Shown one piece after another: positions 25,047 to 35,239 of a stretch of DNA of 64,000 nucleotides. The notes beneath the pieces are model-generated. The model worked only from the letters and a program-made list of their open reading frames with translations. It was not told where the DNA came from and made no database searches. Numbering within the stretch: the stretch's first letter is position 1; every line of letters starts with the position of its first letter. The position numbers were made by a program, and so were the translations under genes. This DNA comes from Azolla caroliniana (Eukaryota > Plantae > Polypodiophyta), in assembly GCA_043228905.1 (NCBI GenBank), contig JBHGNT010000009.1, positions 14,756,001 through 14,820,000 of the forward strand, read 5' to 3'.

Positions 25047-25974
25047 GTCGGGTTCATCACTTGTGTCATGCCTTTCGGCGCCGGATCGTTTGCGTGAGTC
25101 AGGTGGGAACCGCTTGGGTTTTGGACTTGGAGAAAGAAGATTATGAGATAATGTTAGTTAGGAAGACATTGTAAGAAGAAGATATGAAACTCGTGAATCC
25201 CACGAGTATAATGTATTAATAGGTAATTAGATTGTAAGAGAGAATTAGATGGTAAAATCGTGAATCCCACGAATATTTTGTATTAATCAATCCTTCTAAA
25301 AAACATCAACCCCCCCAATATTATACATCTTTCTCTCTTCCTTATATAGTGTTGGAAGAGTCTAAGGTTATCACATGCAAGCATCATGCTTTTCTTAACT
25401 TTAGTTTTCATGCACAATGCATGTGCATGATTAGTTTTCTATCCCATCTTTTCTTTTAACTCGAGTGTGTATGCATGAATAACTTTTTGTACCATGCTAT
25501 TAATGGGTAGAGGGTAAAGTCTAAAATGGCTCCACCCATTCGCCATGGCAACTGTTCTCGACTGGAACTCCATCGGTCGTCTCAACAGTTGGAAACTCCC
25601 TCGACCGGATTACTACTCTACGATCGATAACTTCGATCAGAGCCTTGCTTGACTTGAACCTTCTCGTTCGATCAGCACTACGCGCGATTGGATCATACAC
25701 CAATCAGCTAGTTCATTGCGGCATGGGTCGTGAAATCATGTTGTGTGTTTGTGTATTCTTTCTTTTATCATGTGAGTTGTGTTTTCGGCATTCTATGATT
25801 TGTACCTCTTGGTTTTAGAAATTTTCATTTTTTACCCTCAAAGTTTTGAAATTTTAATGGATACCCTTGAGCTTGTGAAATTCTCCTCTCTACCCCTCTT
25901 CTCTTATTTCTTTTTCTTCTTCGTACACTTACTTCTTCGTCTTCTCTTTGGCTGTCTTCATGGCCGTCACTCGG

Positions 25975-26099
25975 CCCTACTCTCAGTCGCGCATCTGGGC
26001 CGTACTCTCGGGCGCGTGTCTCGACCGTACTCTTGGCCATGTGTCTCAGTCATACTCTCGACTACGCATCTTGACCGTCCTCTCGGTCGCGCGTCCCAA
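25975..26099. repeat. Degenerate 25-bp tandem repeat, 5 copies
   Basis: Consensus approximately CCGTACTCTCGGTCGCGYRTCTYGA at 25-bp spacing. Confidence 0.75.
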
Positions 26100-27931
26100 C
26101 CATCTTCCGTCTCAGTGGTATTCTGGAACGTGCTCTTGATCTTACCTCTCGGCCATCCTTTCAGCCGCACGTCTTGACCGTGTGGTTGTCCGCCCCGGGA
26201 TGAGCTTTACTATGGCCACCCACTTGTTGCCCATCTTCTGTCCATCACTTCACGCTTGATGTGAGACATCAAATGGTTTTGGCTAGGTTCTCTGCATCGA
26301 ATTGATATGATAGAGAGACGAGTGTAGAGAATTTGCTAAAGGAACTGATTTCGTGGTGACATCAATGATTTCCCTCTTGTATACCCTTTCGTTTTCTAAA
26401 ATTTTGTCGAATGCCCTTCCATTTCTTGACATTCTGATGATACCCTCAAGATGCCCTATGGCCCTCTCTCTCTCTTTGCCTTTCCCTCTTCTTCTTCTTC
26501 TTTTTTTTTTTTTTTCTTCAGCTTGCTTTCTGTCTGCATCTTTTTATTCTTTTTCTTCGTTTTCTCTTTCTTCTTTTTCTTTCTGCCGCTGCTTGTTGCT
26601 TACTCCCGCCTCTGCCTTCTTTTCGTTCCTATCTTCTCTTGTTTCAAAGGGGCGATTTTCCCTCCCTTTCTGTCCAGCCGGCTCTTGGCCCTCGTGTCTC
26701 TGTCCGCCAGTCGGCTCTCTGTCCATCCGACTATTCGTCTCTGGTTGTCCATGGCTGTCTAGTCGGTTCTGTCCGCCGGCCGTGTCTATCCTGCCGCCGC
26801 CGTCTGTCGGTTGTCAAACCGTCGGACCGGCTCAGTCCCTGGCTGTCACTCGCGTTTGGCTGGCCGTCGCTATTGCCATCACCGCCCGTTTGTCGCCTAC
26901 CGGGCCGCCTATCCGGCCGGTTATCCAATGTGGACCACCGGCTATTGGATCATCTGTCCAGCTAGTCGTTGCCGTCCGTCGGTCTCGGCTACCTCGTCAG
27001 CTTTGCGCTGGAGGTCCTCCTGCCACACGTCGCTTGGCGTTTCCTGATCAGCTTATGCGTGACAGAATGACTTGTAGCTCACAAACAACCACACCTTCTG
27101 GTTCATAAACAACCTCATCCTCATCCTCAGCTTCTAGAGCGGAAAATACACCAGATTTTGATTTGGTCTCCTTGAAACTTTTGCTTCTTGAATCCAATTG
27201 GACTATTGCCTCTCAACATTAACACTATAATCTGATGTCTCCCAATCATGGGATTTCTTTTCTTCCTCATGTGAACCTATTTTCTTCATTTCTTCTGCAT
27301 CGTCAATATTCTGATCTCGCATGACTTCTTTGAGCTCGCCAAGCTCTGATCCTTTTATTTTCACATCATCATCATTACTAGTTGTAGTCCGAAGCTCTGA
27401 AATAGGCAGAGAAATGAACGAATCAAGAAGAGGCTATGGCGCAAACCTTCTACTGTGGAATGTGAAAAGAGAGATTAATCAGGTCGAGTAGACAAAGATT
27501 AGGGTTAGGTGTATGCCCAGAGAAGGCCTAGAGAAGGCACATGATGGTATGCGTGCAGTGAGGGAAGAGTAGAATCGAAGCAGCAGAGGCAGTGCAGAAG
27601 TGGTCGAATAAACGGTGAATCAAAGGATGATCTTGTGAAGCATTGCCATACCCATGGTCCACGACAGGGAAGGAAGAAGGTAACGTCGAACAAAGATCAT
27701 GATTAACTGAGTGGGTGAGACAGAGAGGCAAACAAACAGATATAGGCTCAGACTGGCTAATTGACTAGTGGTACAATGATTTTTACCAATACATGGATGT
27801 AGGCGTTGGGGGGGTTGAATCTAAGTTAGAGCTCTCTTTCTATGCCATAACCGCCACCATAAGAGGTACAACACTATAAGACAGAGAAGAGTAGAGAGAG
27901 AGATAGAAGGATATGATGTAAAGCTTCTTTC

Positions 27932-30900
27932 TTCTTCTTCGGAACCGTAAACCATCGATTCGAGGATGGAGCATTTGATCGCTCTAGAATCCCCATCGCC
28001 ACCTTCTCCTTGAGCAAGTCGATGACTTTCGGAATATGCGCCCATGGCACCGGAATCGGCTTCAGGTTCCACGACACATGGTCAATCGTGAAGATCACCA
28101 TCGGCTCCACTATCTTCGGATCAACGCACCCTATCTCCTTCAATGTGAATGCAAATGCTTTCCCATGTTGTTCCAACATCCCACAGAATCGTTCTTCTTC
28201 ATTTTGTAAAAGGAAACCACTTCCACCGATCCGAACTTTCTTCTGGGTCTCATCCGTGAAGGCATGTCCGATATCCACGAACTTCCGAAGTGTCAGATCT
28301 CCCGATACTTCTTTCCTCTTTTGTTTGCTATCGCGGGTAGTGGTCCCACGACCGGTTTCACCTTCTTCTCCATGATCTTGTATTTCGTACTTACCATTGC
28401 TTCTTCTTTGCGGAACGCATCCGGCCCCATTTTTGCAATGATCTTGTACATCTCGACCGATTCCACCGGGACTACCTGGTCTTCTTGGTTTTTACCCTCC
28501 ACAAGCTCTTCAAGCCGTTGTAGCATGCTCCCATAGAACACTTCTTCGACTACCCCCACGATTTCTTCATCTTCTTTTATTATTGATGCCGACGGTAACT
28601 TACTCTCTACCTTTTGGTATTCTTTCTTCATTCCTCCAACTACGGTTGCGTACGTTGATGCCCCATCCGGACCGATTCGTACTTGTTTTGCTCCGAGAGT
28701 CTTCTTCCTGTGTGGGGTATCAGGACTTCTCGGACTATCACTTCCCCACTCCGCAACAGTCTGATCTAAAAATCCATCTTCGTTTGGGACAAGAGCTCCC
28801 TCTTGTTCCTTTCATGATTTGTCAGCACAGTTAGGAATTGGATGGATCTCCCTCCGTTTTGGCTCCGAATTCGTGCAAAAGCCGCACCGCTATCGAGCAC
28901 CTTTGTCTCCATCCGTGAAGCCGTGATAAAGGGTTGCCCGAGGATCACGGAGTGTGAGACCTCATCTTGCACGAAGAAATTTTGGTCTATCTCCACATCC
29001 CCGATCTTCACCATCACATCCGGACAAGCCGCAAATAGCTCTTCCCTTGCTTTAGTGGCTGCCTGGATCTTCCACCCATGATTCGTGTTAATAGGCCACT
29101 TACCCTTTCGGTAGAACTCCTTGGACATCAAGTTGATCTCCGATCCATGATCAATCAATGCTAGCACAGGCTCTTTGATGTTACCGATTCAGACCGGAGT
29201 CTCCGTAGTTGCGCGTGCCCAGTGTGGCTTTGTGTAGTGAGAATTTAGTATTTCATCCTCCAATTCGGTGTCATTCATTAGAACGGTATTTGCATTCACC
29301 CTTGGAGCATTCTCCTTTGTACTTTTCCTTTTTCTCTTCACGAGATCCACAAGAAGATCGTGGAACTCCTTCTTCGCTATTCCGAGTAATTCTCGAAGCG
29401 AAAAATCTACCCGGCTATCGAGGATTCTCTCTTTGAACACCTTTTTCAAGTCCGTTTGTTGTTCGATGTCCAAGGCGAGCTTGAATGCCGGAATCATCTT
29501 TTCTTTTCCCTTCCCTCCGGAGTTCCAACTTTCCGGTGTCTTTGATGGTCCGGCCGCATCATCCGTGTGCCATCGTTTTTCATCCACATACACTTCATGC
29601 AATTGACATAGCGCATGTACGCTATTCTTATCTACGGGGCACTCCCATCCCATAGCTTCCCGGATACATTCCACGGCGCTTCGGATTTCATCATGGTCGG
29701 CTTTCTTCGAAATTTCTAACACTTTCGGCCAAAAAGACGCCTTTGTTGTAGATGACTCCCCCACACGTATTCCCGTGGTTGTGGCATAATTATCTTTCGC
29801 CGCGATCTCTTCCTCTAGGACCTTCTTCATGCCGCCTTTCCGGAAGTTCGGTCGGAGTGGCTTCCGAGAATCCATCGAATGAATCCGATTTCCCTCGTAG
29901 TAGATAAAATCCCGTCGTAACACCTGCTTGTGCTCATCGCAATCTCTCCGATCATGTTCGGTGCTATCACACCATATGCATCGACGGTCCATGTACTTGG
30001 TACTTGTGGGACGGTCTTCCGTCTTCTTCACCATCGCGATTCTCCATCTCCTTCAGCAATTGTTCCACTGTGGTTGCGTCGATTCCCTTCTCGGTCGTAG
30101 TCTCCCGAGCCCGCGGTTGATGTTCTTCCGATCTGGATCTCGGTTTCGGAATCGGTTCCGAAACCCTCGTTTGTGTATTACGCGACGATATCCCGCATGC
30201 TTTCCCATGTTTCGGTGAGGCCACTCTTGATAGTCGTGTCATCTAGAAGCACTCCAAGATCCTTCCGGTCCCGAACGTCTACGGCTCGTAAGAACATGAT
30301 AACTTTGTCCGGTGCGAGGATAGCTTGATCTCTCACAGACAACCTCCCGAACCGACTTTACAATGCCGAAAACACATCAAGGACCTTCATCCCTTTGTCC
30401 GGCGTTTCCACCCAATCCTCAAATCCTCTCCGCGTTGACTTGGAGGAATCCTCGATAGCGAACGTGGTCTTTAACGCCTATTCAAACGCTTCCCACGTCG
30501 GATTTTGTTGTCGTAGCCTGTGGATACTTGCTTGAAGCCTGTCGGTAGCTACCCGGTTGAAGGAATTACCCGGTTTCCCTGGCTTGTATCTTCTGCGAGC
30601 TCTTCAAGCCGTTGTAGCGTGTTCCCATAGAACACTTCTTCGACTATTCCCACGATTTCTTCGTCTTTTTTTATTATTGATGCCGACCGTAACTTATCCT
30701 CCACTTTTTGGTATTCTTTCTTCATTCCTCCGGTTACGGCTGTGTACGTGGATGCCCCATCCGGACCGATTCGTACTTGTTTTTCTCCGAGAGTTTTCTT
30801 TCGGTGTGGGGTATCAGGGCTTCTCAGACTATGCACTTCGGTGTCATTCATTAAGACGGTATTTGCATTCACCCTTGGTGCATTTTCCTCCGTACTTTGT

Positions 30901-32392
30901 CTTTTTCTCTTCACGAGATCCACAAGAAGATCGTGGAACTCCTTCTTCGCTATTCTGAGCAATTCCCGAAGCGAAAATTCTACCCGACTATCGAGGATTC
31001 TATCTTCGAACACCTTTTTTAAGTCTGTTTGTTGTTTGATGTCCGAGGCGAGCTTGAATGCTGGAATCGTCTTTTCTTTTCCCTTACCTCTGGAGTTCCA
31101 GCTTTCCGGTGTCTTCGATGGGATGGCGACCTCATCCGTGCGCCATCGCTTCTCATCTACATATAGTTCATGCAATTGCATAAAGCAAACACACTATTCT
31201 TATCCACGGGGCACTCCCATCCTGTAGCTTCACGGATACCTTCCGCGGTGCTTCAGATCTCATTGGAGTCAGTTTTCTCGGGGTTTTCTAGCATATCCGG
31301 CCAAAAAGACGCCTTTGCTCCTGACGACTCACCCACACTTATTCCCGCGGTTGTTGCATCAATACCTTTTGCCGCTATTTCCTCCTCTAGAACCTTCTTC
31401 ATGCCGCCTTTTCGGAAGTTCGGTTGGAGTGGCTTCTGAGAGTCCATCGAATGAATCCGATTTCCCTCGTAGTAGATAAGATCCCGTCGTAACGCCTCCT
31501 TGTGCTCATCGCAATCCCTCCAATCGTGTTCGGTGCTATCACACCATATGCATCGACGGTCCATATACTTGGAGTTTGTGGGACGGTCTTCCGACTTCTT
31601 CACCATCGCGATTTTCAGATTCTCCATATCTTTCAGCAACTGCTCCACCGTGGTTGCGTCAATCCCCTTCTTAGTCGTAGTCTCTCGAGCTCGCAGTTGA
31701 TGGTCCTCCAATCCGGATCTCGGTTTTGGAATTGGTTCCGAAACCCTCTTCTCTTCATTAGCAAGCCACTGCCCCCTCTTCATTTATTGCGCAACGATAT
31801 CCCACACACTTTCCCATGTTTCGGTGAGGCCGCTTTCGGTGGTCGTGTCCTCCAGAAGCACTCCGAGATCTTTCCAGTCCCAGATGTCCATAGCTTGCAA
31901 AAACATGATGACTTTGTTTGGTGCAAGAATAGTTTGATCTCTCGCGGACAACCCCCTGAACTGATTTTCGAATGACGAAAACACTTCGAGGACCTTCCAC
32001 CCCTTACCTGGCGTTTCAACCCAATCTTCGAATCCCCTCCGCGTTGCCTTGGAGGAGTCCTCGATGGCGAATGTGGTCTTTAACGCTTCTTCAAATGCTT
32101 CCCACGTCGGATTTTGTTGTTGTAACCCGTGGATACTCCCTTGAAGCCCGTTGGTCGCCACCCGGTTGAAGGATGTCACTTGCAGTCCTTCCGAAATCCG
32201 GCACCGGAGCATCTCAGCCTTGTAGTCCTGCAAATATCGCGACACATCCTTACCGTTGAATTGCCCGTTGCGTTGCACGAGCCGCTCTACTGCTGCCGAA
32301 ATCTCCGACATCGCACGTTGTTCTTGTAGCATCCACTCGAACATCGCCATCATATTGTTAGCTTGTTGATTCTCCATCTCCTTGCCACCCGT
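27932..32392 (-). mobile_element. Element E internal region: two partial gag-PR-pol(5') copies (27932-30564 and 30562-32392) related to D
   Basis: ORFs 28766-29167, 29189-30034, 31253-31783 and 31784-32431 are close paralogs of element D ORFs. PBS and LTR are displaced to 39347-40024 by element F. Confidence 0.85.
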
Positions 32393-33055
32393 TGTCGTGA
32401 AGAAAACCGTCCACAAGCGGAATCGATGCACCGGAGCGTAGGAACCGGCTCTTCATGCACGTGCGCCTTATGTTGTACATAGGAGATCCTAGGCAGGCAG
32501 ATTCGGTAGGTAGGAAGTAAAGGGGAAACGGCTCCTTCCTTGCCTATAAAAGGAGGGAGACGAGGAGGGAAAAAGGGATCGCGGAGAGTCGAGGAAGAAG
32601 TGCTGTCGGTTGGTGGGCGAGGGCTTCTCTCTCTCTGGTTCGCAAACGCCATAGCTTCCTCCTGTGCAGGTTTCGGGAGGCTCGCGCTGCTCTGAGGAAT
32701 GCCCGAGTGCTTCCGGCAGCACCTCCAACCTACTCCTTCCTTTCTGTGCATTTACGAACAGGTATCGGCATCTGTTCGCCGGCCTGTTCGGTTGTAACCG
32801 ACTCCGTGTTGTGTTGTTTGTCTTTGTTAATACATACATACGTTCGTGTCTCTCTGTGTCGCTGTCCCACTCGCGTCTTTGTGTCGAAGGGCCGTGTCCC
32901 TGTGAATCTACTCTCGCACGTAGTGGGTCTCTTCTCCTTTCTCTCTTGCTCTTCGGTAAAGGACCCCCGAGGTCCCGCCTCATTCCACGCATCCGCGAGG
33001 AATACCTCGACATCTTGGTGAACCCGACGTGAAGGAGGCGGCAGAAGAGCAGAAG

Positions 33056-35182
33056 ATGAAAGGGTCGGATCTTGCGGAGGCCATGGCTTCGGCCGTGGAT
33101 CGGATATTGAGCGCACGCGAGGGCTCCGGCGCCCTCGACAGAGCCATTGAGGCGGTCGTCGGTACGATCGGCCGGTTCAGCGGAAAGGATGCCACGAAGT
33201 ATTTGGCGTCCTACGGGGCAGAAATGCTAATGCGGGACATTCCGGAAGAGAGGCGTCTTGCCGGGTTTCCTCGATTGGCGATGCCGAGCATCCATCCGGA
33301 GGTGCTCGAGGTGCGGGCGGAGAGCCGTACCTGGGAGGAGTTCGAAGGCCGACTCCTGGAAAAATACGGGCTGGACGACGCACTCCGGCTTTCGAAACGA
33401 GACTTCATGGGATGGGTGGAGTCCCCCGGCAAGGGAAGAAACGCGTCGGCACTCCTCCGGGAGTTCGAAGAACGCTTTGCGCGCCTTCCGGCGCTTGACC
33501 GAACCGTTCTGGATACGAGCCGGGTCCTACTGTTCATCAAGTCGGTGGACGAGCGGGACCGGGATCAAGTCGGCTCCTTGCTGGAAACCGAAGACGGGCT
33601 GACGACTGACTGGGCTGCGGTTAAGAGAGTCTGTGGCCGTTTCGACAAACGGCGAGAATGGGCTGATAACGGGGCGGCCGGTGCGGGGTTTGTCACAGCA
33701 AGGAGGCTTGAACCGGCACCGCAAGGGCGAAGGGAAGAAACCCGGGAATGGCTCGAAACCGGTCCGGCTTCGACCGGCATGGTCAGTGGCTCGTCCGGAG
33801 GAGCAACACTGGAGGAGTTGACGCGGGCGATAAAGGATCTCCAGATCGCCCAGGCTCGAAGGGAAGGCGGCGAACCGGCTCGTGACCGACGGCCGGCAGC
33901 AGGGAACAGGTGCATGTGGTGCGACGAGGTCGGCCACATCCGGAAGGACTGCGGCGATTTCGCAGAAGCGTTGAGGAACCGAGTGGTGTACCTGTGGGAA
34001 GGCCGGGTGCACGTCGACGACACCAGAAGGGCCCTAAACCGAAACGACGGACGAGGAGGTATGAAGAGACTGATGGAAGAGGCAGCGGCCCGACACGTGG
34101 AGGCCATCCACTACTCGGCGTCGGCCGGCATTCGGGTCGGGGGCAGCGAGGCCCGAAAGGAGGGCAAAGACGGATTCTGGTCGGTAATGCTGGAAGGTCT
34201 TGCCGGCGCACGACTAAGGAAAGATGAAACAGACTGCGCTGAGAGACGGGTCCGGGAAATAACCGGGTGGAGCGATCCGGTCGAGGAGAAGACGGGCTTT
34301 GTAGAAGCCGCCTGCCGGAACTACGAGGCTCTGGTAGAGGACAAACGAGTGGGGAAAGCCGGAGCAACCGGGCCCTCACAACGGTACGAGACCAGATTCG
34401 GGCAGCGACGGAACGATGCCGGTGGGTCCAGCTCGCAAGATAACCCCAGGAAGGGCGGATACCAACTGGGGACGGAAATAGAAAGGACTACGGACCTACG
34501 AAAGGTCCTAGAAGAACGGATCCTCGACAGCAAAGTGGAGCTGTCTTTGCGGGAGGTGCTAGGGATCGCCAAGAAGGAGTTCCACGACTCCATTGTAGAC
34601 TTGGTGAAACGGAAGAGGCTGTCGACGGAGACGGAACCGGAAAGACCGGTGGAGGTGCGGACGACGCACATCGATGACTCGGCGCTGGCAGATGAGTGGG
34701 CGGAGAGCCACTATTCGAGGCCCCACTGGGCCCGAGCGACCACGGAGACCCCGGTAAAGATCGGAGATGTTCAGGAACCGGTGGTGGCGTTGGTGGACCA
34801 CGGTTCGGAAATAAACCTAATGTCCATGGACTTCTATAAGAAGGGAAAGTGGCCGATCAACACCAGGCACGGGTGGAAGATACGGGCGGCGACGCGCGCC
34901 ACCGAGGAACTGCATGGGGCCTGCCCGAACGTGCGAGTCAAGATCGGCGACGTCGAGATTGACCAGCACTTCTTCGTACAAGAGACGTCCTGGCACCCGG
35001 TCATATTAGGGGAACCATACATCACGGCGGCGCGGATGGAGACCAAGGTGCTAGACAACGGTTCGGCCTACGCGAGGGTCAAAAGCCAGGACGGGCGCCA
35101 TTCCGTCCAATTTCTGACGGTGCGGCCGAACCACGAGAGAAACCGCGAATCCCTCGGTGGCGAGAACCGGGAGGATTTTTAG
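33056..35182 (+). CDS. gag: Gag-protease ORF of element F (first ATG near 33056; exact start uncertain)
   Basis: CMWCDEVGHIRKDC knuckle and ALVDHGSEINLMS/VILGEPY protease. Ends GAT TTT TAG. Confidence 0.9.
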   Translation: MKGSDLAEAMASAVDRILSAREGSGALDRAIEAVVGTIGRFSGKDATKYLASYGAEMLMRDIPEERRLAGFPRLAMPSIHPEVLEVRAESRTWEEFEGRLLEKYGLDDALRLSKRDFMGWVESPGKGRNASALLREFEERFARLPALDRTVLDTSRVLLFIKSVDERDRDQVGSLLETEDGLTTDWAAVKRVCGRFDKRREWADNGAAGAGFVTARRLEPAPQGRREETREWLETGPASTGMVSGSSGGATLEELTRAIKDLQIAQARREGGEPARDRRPAAGNRCMWCDEVGHIRKDCGDFAEALRNRVVYLWEGRVHVDDTRRALNRNDGRGGMKRLMEEAAARHVEAIHYSASAGIRVGGSEARKEGKDGFWSVMLEGLAGARLRKDETDCAERRVREITGWSDPVEEKTGFVEAACRNYEALVEDKRVGKAGATGPSQRYETRFGQRRNDAGGSSSQDNPRKGGYQLGTEIERTTDLRKVLEERILDSKVELSLREVLGIAKKEFHDSIVDLVKRKRLSTETEPERPVEVRTTHIDDSALADEWAESHYSRPHWARATTETPVKIGDVQEPVVALVDHGSEINLMSMDFYKKGKWPINTRHGWKIRAATRATEELHGACPNVRVKIGDVEIDQHFFVQETSWHPVILGEPYITAARMETKVLDNGSAYARVKSQDGRHSVQFLTVRPNHERNRESLGGENREDF

Positions 35183-35239
35183 AGAGGGCTGCCAAGGCGT
35201 GGGGCCGAGACAGCCCGGACACTCGGAAAAGACCCCACG
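35173..35239 (+). promoter_or_regulatory. Putative -1 ribosomal frameshift signal (G GAU UUU plus pseudoknot)
   Basis: Heptamer 35173-35179, 6-nt spacer, stem GGGCTG/CAGCCC, and loop CGTGGGG complementary to CCCCACG at 35233-35239. Confidence 0.78.

Larger units (their letters stand above)
12865..25497 (-). mobile_element. Decayed Trp-primed Gypsy element D (gag-PR-RT-RH-INT) containing copia C; 5' LTR truncated
   Basis: 3' LTR 12865-13605 with PPT at 13606-13616. 5' LTR 25064 to about 25497 is highly similar. PBS 25042-25059. Fragmented ORFs 19447-25046 are colinear with element F. Confidence 0.88.

Noticed and set aside
32350-33116. ORFs of 100-320 aa in the F LTRs and antisense to GC-rich pol genes
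   Set aside because: These are shadow ORFs of GC-rich sequence with no motifs, and they repeat only because the LTRs repeat.
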